A stretch of 64,000 bases of DNA from Promethearchaeota archaeon (GTDB lineage: Archaea; Asgardarchaeota; Lokiarchaeia; Sigyniarchaeales; SOKP01), in contig SHMW01000016.1 in the NCBI GenBank assembly GCA_008080735.1, positions 1-64,000 of the forward strand, in the 5' to 3' direction. Below, piece after piece: positions 1 through 9,948 of the stretch (positions within the stretch are counted from its first letter, which is position 1; each line of letters starts with the position of its first letter). The notes under the pieces were generated by a model. That model was not told the DNA's origin and searched no databases. It saw only the letters and a program-made list of their open reading frames with translations. Position numbers and translations under genes: made by a program.

Positions 1-240
1 CCTAACCGATCAAGCAAGGCAAAAGGTTACCAAATTTCTCACCGCCCCCCCGATCAAATTCTCCCCTTCAAACGGGCGTCCCACAAAAGAGTTAAATAAG
101 AGTAAAATCAGACCGCAGAAGTACCAAATGAGTCCCAAAAGCTTTTTGGCAAAGACTCACTCGAGATATTTTACTGTAAGTAGTACTACCTAATACCGAT
201 TCACGTAAGTGTTGGTTGTTTACAGAGATGTGCACTCTTA
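1..240 (-). other. Non-coding, relatively GC-rich structured segment; possible 5' leader of a stable RNA transcript running off the left edge
   Basis: No ORF; G/C runs unlike other intergenic DNA; hairpin GAGTC-CCAAAA..TTTTGG..GACTC (~130-158); palindrome GTAGTACTAC (180-189); TTTATA-like box on the minus strand near 267-273. The RNA identity is not recognisable. Confidence 0.3.
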
Positions 241-335
241 AAAATGCATAATAATATCATATGAACTATAAAAATATGTTTTTAAAGATTTTTGCATTAT
301 TGTTATATGCTTCAAATTAAAAAACCTCAAACTGG

Positions 336-1085
336 GTGGATTTTAGACTCTCGATGATGGAAAAATACAAAAACTATTTGAAAATAACGAATGTAGGGGC
401 AATAGCTCGTCGATATTTTGTGAATAATTTTTATGATGGAATGTTAACCATTCTTGGCAGTTTATTGGGCTTTCTTACCTATATTCTTACTGGAACGCCG
501 ACTGTTGAGAGCCATATTATCATTCTTGCGGGCATAGGTACCTCGATCAGTATGTTCATCTCGGGCTTTTCTGGATCCTATCTATCAGAAAAAGCTGAAC
601 GGAGAAAAATTCAAAATGAAATCGAGCGCGCGATGGGACAGTTCAGAGAAGAAGAGGGCAAAACGATTGAACAGCAAGTAGATGTGAAAGAAATTGAAAA
701 AGCAATGCTTCGAGAACTTCCCAATGATAATCCTCCTATATTAAGAAAGAAAATTTTGCAGAAAAAAAGGGAAAAAGTAAAAACATTATACGAGAAAGCG
801 GAAAGTTTCGCAAACAAAATTGTCTCCACGGTGAATGGGGGCGCTCCGTTTTTAGGAGGGTTGGTTCCTTTGTTTCCGTTCTTTTTTGTCCCTCAAGCAG
901 GCTTGATAACCTTTATTATTTCATTTACTATAATCATCGTTTTTATCGTCTTATTGGGTGTTTTTTTGGGAGTGATCTCAAAAGGTTCGATCATCAAGAA
1001 TGTGATTCAAATGATAGCAGCTTTTATAATTACTTTTCTGGTTACGATGCCTATCCTCTTATTTACTCCAAGCGGTGGACCATGA
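336..1085 (+). CDS. VIT1/CCC1-family (TIGR00267-like) membrane protein, putative Fe/Mn transporter
   Basis: ARRYFVNNFYDGMLT, SMFISGFSGSYLSEKAE and GGLVPLFPF motifs, several TM helices; true start may be ATG 354/357. Confidence 0.8.
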   Translation: MDFRLSMMEKYKNYLKITNVGAIARRYFVNNFYDGMLTILGSLLGFLTYILTGTPTVESHIIILAGIGTSISMFISGFSGSYLSEKAERRKIQNEIERAMGQFREEEGKTIEQQVDVKEIEKAMLRELPNDNPPILRKKILQKKREKVKTLYEKAESFANKIVSTVNGGAPFLGGLVPLFPFFFVPQAGLITFIISFTIIIVFIVLLGVFLGVISKGSIIKNVIQMIAAFIITFLVTMPILLFTPSGGP

Positions 1086-1321
1086 GAAAATTTTTCTTCC
1101 TTATCAATAATAAATAGGATTATCACATCTAAATTGTAGTTTCTGAGTAATAGCTTCTCATGATAAGTTTGCTATTCAAATTCTTTATCTATCCTTCTTT
1201 TAGTCTTTACAATCACAAAGAAAGTTTTGTTCAAAATTGTGGAAACTATTAAAAATCTTTATTTTTATATATTTACTAACATCTCATTTTGAATGTTAAA
1301 CAACAACAGAGTTGAAATAAA

Positions 1322-2116
1322 ATGAAAGTAATTGAAATCGAAGGTATTGGGCCAGAATATGAAAAAGATTTAAATAATGCAGGAATTGAAGATGTAGAGC
1401 AATTGGCTGAATTAAGTTGGGAAGAGCTTGAAGAATTAGCTGAAAAATCAGGAATTTCGTTAAAGCGTTTAGACAAATGGGCAGAACACGCAGATTTAAT
1501 TAGTCTCTTAGGAATCGGTCCGGAATATGCGGAAGCTTTAAATAAAGTGGGGATTGATTCAGTTAAAGAACTCGCATATCGAAATCCTGAAAATACACTT
1601 AAAAAGATTGAAGAATTAGATAAAGACCAGCCAGATGTGATACGTAAGCTCCCTACGAGTGATCAAATTTCTGATTGGATCGACCAAGCAAAGGAGAAGT
1701 ATGGAATTATCGACGAAAAGAAGGGTTCAGGTACCAAACTTATAAAGATCGAAGGGATTGGTCCAGAATACGCGAAAGATCTTAAAGCAGCAGGATACGA
1801 AGATTGTGAACAATTGTTGCCACTCTCGAAAGATGATCTTGAAGAATTGGCCGAAGAGACGGGTATATCAGAGAAATTATTGGACAAATGGCAAGAGCAC
1901 GCCGATCTTATGAGAATCAAGGGCGTTGGTCCAGAATATGCGGATGCGTTAAACAAAATTGGAATAGATTCTGTAAAAGAATTAGCTCAAAGGAACCCTG
2001 AAAACACTCTTAAAAGGATCGAGGAATTGGATAAGGATGAACCAGATGTGTTGCGCAGGCTACCCGTATTAGATGAAATTAAAGATTGGATTAAGCAAGC
2101 AGAAGATATTAAATAA
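1322..2116 (+). CDS. DUF4332-type helix-hairpin-helix protein with two internal repeats
   Basis: Repeated IEGIGPEY...W.EHADL...G.GPEYA.ALNK.GIDSVKELA.RNPEN unit occurs twice. Confidence 0.8.
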   Translation: MKVIEIEGIGPEYEKDLNNAGIEDVEQLAELSWEELEELAEKSGISLKRLDKWAEHADLISLLGIGPEYAEALNKVGIDSVKELAYRNPENTLKKIEELDKDQPDVIRKLPTSDQISDWIDQAKEKYGIIDEKKGSGTKLIKIEGIGPEYAKDLKAAGYEDCEQLLPLSKDDLEELAEETGISEKLLDKWQEHADLMRIKGVGPEYADALNKIGIDSVKELAQRNPENTLKRIEELDKDEPDVLRRLPVLDEIKDWIKQAEDIK

Positions 2117-2369
2117 GTGATATAATTTTCTATCTCATATTTTTTCTTTTTATTTTTAAAATAAGACTTTCAATACGGATAATTTATTTTTTGTATTTTA
2201 GTAACATCGAGAATTTGTATTTTTCATTGATCAAATCATATAATCAATTATTTAGTGTGGGTTGATAAGAAACTTTTGAAATTTAGACTAAAGATTTATA
2301 ATTAAATTTTTGTTCTTATTAAACTAAGTTTTTCGAAATTTAATGTAAACAAGATTGAGGTATAATTAT

Positions 2370-3164
2370 ATGAAAGTTATAGAGATTGAAGGAGTAGGAG
2401 AGAAGTACGCAAAAGTCTTAGAAGAAAATGGCGTTGATGAAGTGGAAGATTTTGTAACATTAAGCTATGAAGATTTAGAAAACCTAGCTGATAAGACAGA
2501 TCTATCACTAAAGCTCTTGGATAAATGGCAAGAGCACGCAGATTTAATGGTTTTGCTTAAAGGCGTTGGACCAGAATACGCTGACGCTCTAAATAAGATC
2601 GGAATTGACAGTGTTAGAGAATTTGCGTATAGAAATCCCGAAAATACCCTTAAAAAACTAGAACAACTAGATAAAGAAGAACCGGACGTCTTGCGCCAAT
2701 TACCAACCTTAGATGATTTAAAAGACTGGATTGAACAAGCGAAAGAGAAGTACAATGTAGATAAAAAAACAAAAGGTCCTGGAACAAAATTAATAAAAAT
2801 CGAAGGTATTGGGGATGAATATGCGAAAGATTTGAAAAAAGCTGGTATCGAGACGTGTGAGCAATTGGTCCCATTATCTAAAAATGATCTTAAGGAATTG
2901 GCGGACAAGACGGGCATTTCCCCCAAGCGCCTTGATAAATGGCAGGAGCACGCCGACCTAATGAGAATTAAAGGTGTAGGTTCTGAATATGCCGACCTTC
3001 TTAACCAGATTGGAATTGATTCGGTGAAAGAACTTGCACAACGAAATCCGGAAAATACTTTAAAAAGGGTAGAAGAATTTGATAAGGAGAAACCAGATGT
3101 CGTAAGACGATTGCCAGTGTTAGACGAGATTAAAGATTGGATTGCCCAAGCAAAAGATTTATAA
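2370..3164 (+). CDS. DUF4332-type HhH protein, tandem paralog of 1322..2116
   Basis: Same two-repeat architecture; MKVIEIEG start matches the paralog; GAGGT SD upstream of ATG 2370. Confidence 0.8.
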   Translation: MKVIEIEGVGEKYAKVLEENGVDEVEDFVTLSYEDLENLADKTDLSLKLLDKWQEHADLMVLLKGVGPEYADALNKIGIDSVREFAYRNPENTLKKLEQLDKEEPDVLRQLPTLDDLKDWIEQAKEKYNVDKKTKGPGTKLIKIEGIGDEYAKDLKKAGIETCEQLVPLSKNDLKELADKTGISPKRLDKWQEHADLMRIKGVGSEYADLLNQIGIDSVKELAQRNPENTLKRVEEFDKEKPDVVRRLPVLDEIKDWIAQAKDL

Positions 3165-3343
3165 ATGAATTTTTAAGCAGTTTTACCATATTCTTTTTTA
3201 TTTTTTTTCATATTATTCCAAATTGATGAGTAGATCCAATTTTTTTTTATTATTATAACTCAAAGGTTTTTAGACAAAAAATTAATAATTCTAATTTCAT
3301 TTTCCGATATAGTTAGAAGCTACTAAAAAGGAGAATCAAGAAA

Positions 3344-4126
3344 ATGAAACATATGTGTGGTGTTGATATCGGGTCATTGGCCACCAAAATAGTATTACTT
3401 GACGATAATAAGCAGATGGTTGACTGGCGTTTAAATAGGTCAACATATGATTTCAAACGAGTAGGTCGTAATCTATTTCAAGATATCTTAAAAAAAAACG
3501 AATTATCTCGCTCTGATGTATTTGTAATGTCAACGGGTTATGGAAGAAATACGATAGATTTTGCTGATGATAGAATTACAGAAATCACAGCTCATGCACG
3601 AGGAGCTCAATTTTTTTATCCCGATGCTCATTCTGTCATCGACATAGGAGGACAGGATAGTAAAGCCATTGTTATGTCCTCAAAAACCGGAAATGTCATT
3701 GATTTCCAGATGAACGATAAATGCGCTGCGGGAACGGGCAGATTTTTAGAAGTAATGGCCAACGCATTAGAAATACCTTTAGATGATATGGGGTCTATCG
3801 CATTAAAATCAAATAAGCCAGCTTCAATTAGTTCTACTTGTACCGTATTTGCAGAAAGCGAAGTGATCAGTTTATTTGCACAAGGAACATCAAAAGAGAA
3901 TATAGCCGCAGGGATTCACAAATCAATTGCAAAAAGAGTAGCAGGAATGGCAAAACGAATTGGTGTAGAACCTCTCTTAGTATTCTGTGGCGGTGTTGCG
4001 AAAAACATCGCAGTCAAAAAATATCTTGAAGAAGAACTGGAATTTGAGATCGTACGACCTGAATACCCACAACTCACAGGCGCTCTTGGCGCAGCTCTAT
4101 TGGCTTTGGATAAAAATTCAAACTAA
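3344..4126 (+). CDS. ATP-dependent activator of 2-hydroxyacyl-CoA dehydratase (HgdC/BadF, ASKHA family)
   Basis: GVDIGS, STGYGR, EITAHARG, IDIGGQDSK, MNDKCAAGTGRFLE, SSTCTVFAESE, GGVAKN. Confidence 0.93.
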   Translation: MKHMCGVDIGSLATKIVLLDDNKQMVDWRLNRSTYDFKRVGRNLFQDILKKNELSRSDVFVMSTGYGRNTIDFADDRITEITAHARGAQFFYPDAHSVIDIGGQDSKAIVMSSKTGNVIDFQMNDKCAAGTGRFLEVMANALEIPLDDMGSIALKSNKPASISSTCTVFAESEVISLFAQGTSKENIAAGIHKSIAKRVAGMAKRIGVEPLLVFCGGVAKNIAVKKYLEEELEFEIVRPEYPQLTGALGAALLALDKNSN

Positions 4127-4452
4127 AAATTATGATTAGTTTTCTACTTATTTTTCATTAATTATTTCTTAGAGTCTCTTATCAAAGATTTTATCTTAAA
4201 TTTTAGATTTATTTCTCATCTACTGGAAATTTAGGATTAATAATTCTAATAATAATCGAAGATCGATAAGATATAATCAAGTTAAAAATTTAAGATGTAA
4301 GCTTTTTTAATAGCAAAAAATTAGAATCCCTATCTATTCCATTTATAAACCCTTTACCCCTTTCGGTTCAGTAGATTGAGGATTTAGAAAGGAAAATAGA
4401 TCCAGATAGAAAAGAAATATTCAAAAATTATAGAAATAGCAAACAGTTTATC

Positions 4453-7182
4453 ATGAATGAGGAAAATATAAACGGTTCTCTGGAACAACTAGCGTCTCCA
4501 TGGCAAGTTTCCCATAAAACAGTAATTGAACAACTCGACGTGGATCCAAATAAAGGGTTGAATTCAAGTGAGATTGAACCGAGAAGAGAGAAGTTTGGGT
4601 CTAACAAGATGAAAAAGAAAGAGAGAAAAGGCGCCTTGGAAATATTGATAAATCAAATAAAAAGTATCATTATAATTCTACTTATCGCCGCCACAGTGAT
4701 ATCATTGATTTTTGGTGAAATTATAGAAGCAATCGCGATCTCTGCTGTTATAATTATTAATACCTTAATCGGCTTTTTCACAGAATTAAAGGCAGCCAGA
4801 TCGATGGAAGCGTTATATGAATTAACACAAATTAAAAGTAAGGTTCTACGAGAAGGAGAAGTGAGGAAGATCTCTGCTGATGAGTTGGTGGTGGGAGATA
4901 TTATAGTTCAAGATGCCGGAGATCTAGTGCCCGCAGATTCACGAATCATTGATTCTTCAAAGCTACAAGCCAATGAGTCTTCTTTGACCGGGGAATCAAT
5001 TCCAGTTAATAAACAGAATAAAAAAATTGAAGATGAAAAAACTCCATTGGCAGAAAGGTATAATATGCTATATAAAGGTACAGCAATCACCAGGGGATCT
5101 GCCGAAGCAATTGTAGTTGCAGTGGGAGAGGATACGGAATTGGGGCGAATCACCTCTCTGGTTGAAGAAGCAGGTGAGGGAGAAACTCCTCTCACAGAAA
5201 GATTACAAAAGCTGGGAAGGAATCTCTTTTGGGTCACATTAGTAGTTGCGGTAGTTGTGGGAATAAGTGGATTAATAAGAAATCCGGAAAACTTATTCTT
5301 AATGATTGAGTCCGCTTTAGCTTTAGCAGTGGCAACCGTTCCAGAGGGTCTGCCCGTTGTCGCTACAATCTCTTTAGCACGCGGAATGTGGAGAATGGCA
5401 GATAAAAATGCACTTATAAATCGCCTATCTGCAGTCGAAACCTTGGGATCCACGAATATCATTTGTACCGATAAGACAGGGACGCTCACAGAAAATAGGA
5501 TGACCGCAATTAAAATATATACAAATAAGGAGATTATTGAAATTACCGGAAAGGGCTTTGAAATTAGTGGAAAATTTGTAATCGACAATGAAGAAATAAA
5601 TCCAGAAGAACTCACTACTCTTTCTAGATTGATTAAAGTCTGTTTGCTATGTAATAATGCAAATTATAAAAAAGGAGAGGGAGATTCTGATGATGAATTT
5701 GTTGGAGAGCCTTTAGAAGTTGCATTATTGATAATGGGATTGAAATCGGGCTTTAGCCGTAAGCAGCTTTTAGAGCAATATCCGGAAGTAAGAGAAGAAT
5801 CTTTTGATCCTAGTATTAACAAAATGGCAACTATTAACAAATTTAATGGTAAATATTTAGTCTCGGTGAAGGGTGCACCAGAAGATGTCTTAGAGGTGTG
5901 TACATCATATTGGACCGAAAACGGAGTAAAATCTCTCACCCAAGAAATTAAAAATAAAATTCTACAAAATAACCAATCGTTTGCCGAAAAAGGATTAAGA
6001 ATAATAGCAACAGCTACCAAAGAAGCTCAGAATCAAGATATTGAGCCATATTCAGATTTAGAATTTTTGGGACTTGTTGCACTTTTAGACCCAGCTCGGA
6101 AAGAAGTCAAACCCGCAATTGAAATTTGTAAAAATGCGGGCATAAACATCATTATGATTACAGGAGATCAAGCGCCTACTGCACAATATATCGGAGAAGA
6201 ACTCGGTTTAATTTCTCACGATGGCTCTAATGTTAGGGAAGGTAAGGTGATTAAGGTGTATGATGAATTATCAAGAGAGGACATTGAGGAAATTGAGAAA
6301 GGCACGATCTTTGCCAGAGTTGAACCCGAACAAAAATTAAATCTTATTGATATTTTTCAAAAAGAAGGGAATATCGTTGCCATGACAGGAGATGGAGTGA
6401 ACGATGCCCCTGCACTTCGTAAAGCCAATATAGGTGTTGCAATGGGGCAGAGAGGGACGCAAGTAGCTCAGGAGGCAGCAGATATGATTTTGGAGGATGA
6501 TAATTTCGAGACGATCACCACCGCAGTAGAGGAGGGTCGAATTATTACAGATAATATTAAGAATTTTGTAATATATTTGCTCTCGTGTAACATTAGCGAA
6601 ATTTTACTAGTATTTTTCGCATCTCTATTGGGGATGCCATTGCCGATTCTCCCATTGCAAATATTATTTTTGAATGTGGTCACGGATATTTTTCCCGCAT
6701 TTGCCCTAACCGCAGGAGAAGGTACACCAGGAATTATGAAACGAGCCCCTCGGGATCCAGATAAACCAATAATCACAAAAAATCATTGGGTCACGATTGC
6801 GATATATGGGTTTGGGCTTACCATGACCGTTTTAGGAACGTATGCGATTGCCCTTTATATATTAGGCTTTGATGAAGCTCGCTCGGTCACGATTTCATTC
6901 TTGACTCTGGCTTTTGTTCAACTATGGCATGTGCTTAATATGCGAAATTTTAGGTCAAGTTTTTTCAAGAATGAAATTACAGACAATAGTTATATTTGGG
7001 GAGCGATTGTCTTAAGCGCTACCATAATCCTACTGGCGACATATCTTCCAGGGCTTTCATTTATCTTAAAAACTGTGGATCCTCAAATTGATGGTTGGTT
7101 CTTGATTTTGGGAATGAGTTCGATTCCCTTAATTTTAGGTCAAATTTGGAAGTCATTCAATAATGAAATTTCACTTTTTTAG
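4453..7182 (+). CDS. Cation-transporting P-type ATPase (type IIA, Ca2+-like)
   Basis: TGES, PEGLP, DKTGT phosphorylation site, KGAPE, MITGD, GDGVNDAPAL, 10-TM pattern. Confidence 0.95.
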   Translation: MNEENINGSLEQLASPWQVSHKTVIEQLDVDPNKGLNSSEIEPRREKFGSNKMKKKERKGALEILINQIKSIIIILLIAATVISLIFGEIIEAIAISAVIIINTLIGFFTELKAARSMEALYELTQIKSKVLREGEVRKISADELVVGDIIVQDAGDLVPADSRIIDSSKLQANESSLTGESIPVNKQNKKIEDEKTPLAERYNMLYKGTAITRGSAEAIVVAVGEDTELGRITSLVEEAGEGETPLTERLQKLGRNLFWVTLVVAVVVGISGLIRNPENLFLMIESALALAVATVPEGLPVVATISLARGMWRMADKNALINRLSAVETLGSTNIICTDKTGTLTENRMTAIKIYTNKEIIEITGKGFEISGKFVIDNEEINPEELTTLSRLIKVCLLCNNANYKKGEGDSDDEFVGEPLEVALLIMGLKSGFSRKQLLEQYPEVREESFDPSINKMATINKFNGKYLVSVKGAPEDVLEVCTSYWTENGVKSLTQEIKNKILQNNQSFAEKGLRIIATATKEAQNQDIEPYSDLEFLGLVALLDPARKEVKPAIEICKNAGINIIMITGDQAPTAQYIGEELGLISHDGSNVREGKVIKVYDELSREDIEEIEKGTIFARVEPEQKLNLIDIFQKEGNIVAMTGDGVNDAPALRKANIGVAMGQRGTQVAQEAADMILEDDNFETITTAVEEGRIITDNIKNFVIYLLSCNISEILLVFFASLLGMPLPILPLQILFLNVVTDIFPAFALTAGEGTPGIMKRAPRDPDKPIITKNHWVTIAIYGFGLTMTVLGTYAIALYILGFDEARSVTISFLTLAFVQLWHVLNMRNFRSSFFKNEITDNSYIWGAIVLSATIILLATYLPGLSFILKTVDPQIDGWFLILGMSSIPLILGQIWKSFNNEISLF

Positions 7183-7324
7183 AGTGTTTTCAATTCCTAA
7201 CTATCATATTATTGAATGTATAGGAAAAAGAAAGCAAATCCGACGACTTTTTGGGTAAAGAGTAAATTTTATCAACAATATACTCTTGTAATTAATAATA
7301 TTAATTTAGCTAAAGAATTTAATT

Positions 7325-8461
7325 ATGCACTCCTTGGATCTTCTATCGGAATTCACTTCGTTTATTGAGCAGAAGAAAGCGCAAGGTAAGAAGATAATCG
7401 CGTTTCTTTCCCACGACAACGTGCCAGAAGAGCTAATTGATGCAGCGGGTTTTGTTCCATTGCGCTTGGTTTTTGCTGGGGACGATTCGCTAATGAATGC
7501 GAGCCATAACTTTTTACCTCCTTCGACTTGTAGTTTTGCCCAAAGTTGTATTGGATTCTTTTCTCTGAAACCGAACATGTATAGATTCTTGGATTATGTA
7601 GATTATATTTTATTGTCTAATCATTGCGTATCCGATATAGTAGTTTCAGAAATTATTTCTCAAAATTTTAATGTTGAAAGGTTGGATTTTTATGTCTCCT
7701 ATACTCGAAATAATAATGCATTAAAGTATTATAAAATCGAATTAGAACAATTTCGAAAAGAACTTGAAAAAATTAAGGGAGAAAAAATTCCCGACGAAAA
7801 AATCCGTGAAAGTATTATAAAGTACAACGAATTTAAAAAAACACTCGCAAAAGTAAAAGATTTGCAAATCAAGGGATCGGAAAAATTAAAAATATATCAA
7901 AAAGCAATGCTATTCGGACCACAAATTCAATCTGAACTGGAAGAATTTATTGCTCAAACCAAAGAAAAAAACGATTATATGGGTAATAATGCGAAAAATG
8001 TAATTCTTACGGGGTGTTCGATCTTCATTGGGGACTATCTGATGGATTTAATAGAAGAAAGCGGGGGGAATATCGTATTTTTTGATAGTTGGGTGGGATA
8101 TAATTATTACACTCAAACTTTTTCCCAAGAAATTTTAGATAAAATTAGCGATCCCATCGATCTATTAGTCAAACGATTTGAAAATAATGTTTATGGCGAT
8201 CACACTGTTCCTAATTCTCTCGATGAAAGGATTGCGCTGATTGAGAATTATGTCAATGAATTCCAAAAGGAGCATGGAATTAAATTGGGCGTAATTAATC
8301 ACGTGATTAAATTTTGCGACCACTTCGCTTTATTTCAATCGTTATTTAAAGATAAACTGCAAGATATAGGTATTCAAGTGTTAAATTTGGAAAGAGATTA
8401 TTCACGATCGATAAGAGGTCAGCTTTCCACTAGAATTGAAGCATTTATGGAGATGTTATGA
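7325..8461 (+). CDS. 2-hydroxyacyl-CoA dehydratase / benzoyl-CoA reductase family subunit (HgdB-like)
   Basis: VPEELIDAAG, STCSF, NHC, KFCD, C-terminal QLSTRIEAFMEM. Confidence 0.85.
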   Translation: MHSLDLLSEFTSFIEQKKAQGKKIIAFLSHDNVPEELIDAAGFVPLRLVFAGDDSLMNASHNFLPPSTCSFAQSCIGFFSLKPNMYRFLDYVDYILLSNHCVSDIVVSEIISQNFNVERLDFYVSYTRNNNALKYYKIELEQFRKELEKIKGEKIPDEKIRESIIKYNEFKKTLAKVKDLQIKGSEKLKIYQKAMLFGPQIQSELEEFIAQTKEKNDYMGNNAKNVILTGCSIFIGDYLMDLIEESGGNIVFFDSWVGYNYYTQTFSQEILDKISDPIDLLVKRFENNVYGDHTVPNSLDERIALIENYVNEFQKEHGIKLGVINHVIKFCDHFALFQSLFKDKLQDIGIQVLNLERDYSRSIRGQLSTRIEAFMEML

Positions 8462-8465
8462 GAAA

Positions 8466-9806
8466 ATGAGTATATTTACTGATGATATTATAAGTTTTAA
8501 GTCGGTCCTAAGGTTGGCTTATAATTTCTTAGCGGGACGAGAATATCTAAAGAAGAAGAAATTTAAAGACAGAAAAAAACTAATTTCTGTCGCACTTCCC
8601 TTTTCCGACTTGATATATTCAGCTGGCGCCGTACCAGTGTTCCCGATACGGATGGAGAAATTCAAGGTGAATGCCTATTTGAACGCACTCAATTCTGCAA
8701 AAAGTTTAATTGGGTGGGATCTCACTACAAGATTACTTAGTTTTGTGAGACAATTTGATGTTTTAAAAATCTTAGATACGGTTATGGATGATGTAATCCA
8801 TACGATAAACGAAAAATATAACGAATTATATGAATTGGGAATCGACAACGGTATTCCCAGCGATTTTTGCTATGGAATCACCGGACTAACTGGAATGTTC
8901 ATTTCAAAAGGTAAAAATGTTGATGCTAATCTCAATTTTACTATACGATGTTCGGCGTGGAACAAATATTCTGAATCTCTGAAGAATTATGTGCCCAGGC
9001 AGATTTGGGTGGATGTCCCTCCAAGAGAATATGGAAATGCCATTGAGTTACTTACAGACAATATAAGTAAGGCCATAACCGATTTAGAAGATGTGACGGG
9101 AAATCTAGTTACCGATAATAGTCTAAAAAAGCAATTTAGGATTGGAAATCAAATTAAGAGATTTTATAAGACGGTTTTATTTGAATGCAGTGCCTCTGAT
9201 TTCTATCCGTGCAACCCTGCTACATTTGCTGAGATTCTCGCATTATTAGGATTAAGTTTCCAAGATTACAATTCCAATGCTCAACGATATTTAGAAAATT
9301 TTAGCTATCTAGTGAAAGAAATGAGAGAGCGGATTGACAAGGGAATTGGAATGGATGTTTCTGATATGCCTCGGGTTATGATAACTCCTGTATTTGGAGG
9401 ATGGGAGCCTGAAACACATGAAATTCTTTATAATTTAGGTGCAAGGACAATTTACGCTGACTGGGAGTTACTTAAAATGCTAGAGGAGATACCAGTTGGA
9501 AGAAATTCGAATCCAGTCGAAGATTATGCTCGTTTTGTAATGAATGCGACAATGCGAGGGATAGGATGCGATCAGGAGACATTGACGGACAGTTATATTG
9601 AAACCGCTAAAGATTTAAACGTAGACGGCTTAGTCTTCAACCAAGTATTTGGCTGCCATAGCATATCAAATTGTTATTCTCAATTACGTCGCAAAATTCG
9701 AAAGAAGCTCGAGATCCCAACAACAGTTATTAATTTTAACAAAATCGGAGAAAACGTAGAGCAAGTAAGAACTCGCCTCGGCGCATTTATGGAAATGTTT
9801 AGATAG
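8466..9806 (+). CDS. 2-hydroxyacyl-CoA dehydratase family subunit (HgdA-like, divergent)
   Basis: FCYG, IRCS, VDVP, DGLVF...GCHS, C-terminal QVRTRLGAFMEM; ATG 8466 follows the upstream stop by 4 nt. Confidence 0.8.
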   Translation: MSIFTDDIISFKSVLRLAYNFLAGREYLKKKKFKDRKKLISVALPFSDLIYSAGAVPVFPIRMEKFKVNAYLNALNSAKSLIGWDLTTRLLSFVRQFDVLKILDTVMDDVIHTINEKYNELYELGIDNGIPSDFCYGITGLTGMFISKGKNVDANLNFTIRCSAWNKYSESLKNYVPRQIWVDVPPREYGNAIELLTDNISKAITDLEDVTGNLVTDNSLKKQFRIGNQIKRFYKTVLFECSASDFYPCNPATFAEILALLGLSFQDYNSNAQRYLENFSYLVKEMRERIDKGIGMDVSDMPRVMITPVFGGWEPETHEILYNLGARTIYADWELLKMLEEIPVGRNSNPVEDYARFVMNATMRGIGCDQETLTDSYIETAKDLNVDGLVFNQVFGCHSISNCYSQLRRKIRKKLEIPTTVINFNKIGENVEQVRTRLGAFMEMFR

Positions 9807-9948
9807 CATTTTTATCGAAAATTTAAGAAAATATTTTAGCAATATTCATTCTCATGGTTTTTAAAAGAGGTCTTTTTAAAATATTCCACAAAATTTATTA
9901 TATCGGTAATTATTTGTAAATCCAAATACCATAATATAAGAGCTAATT

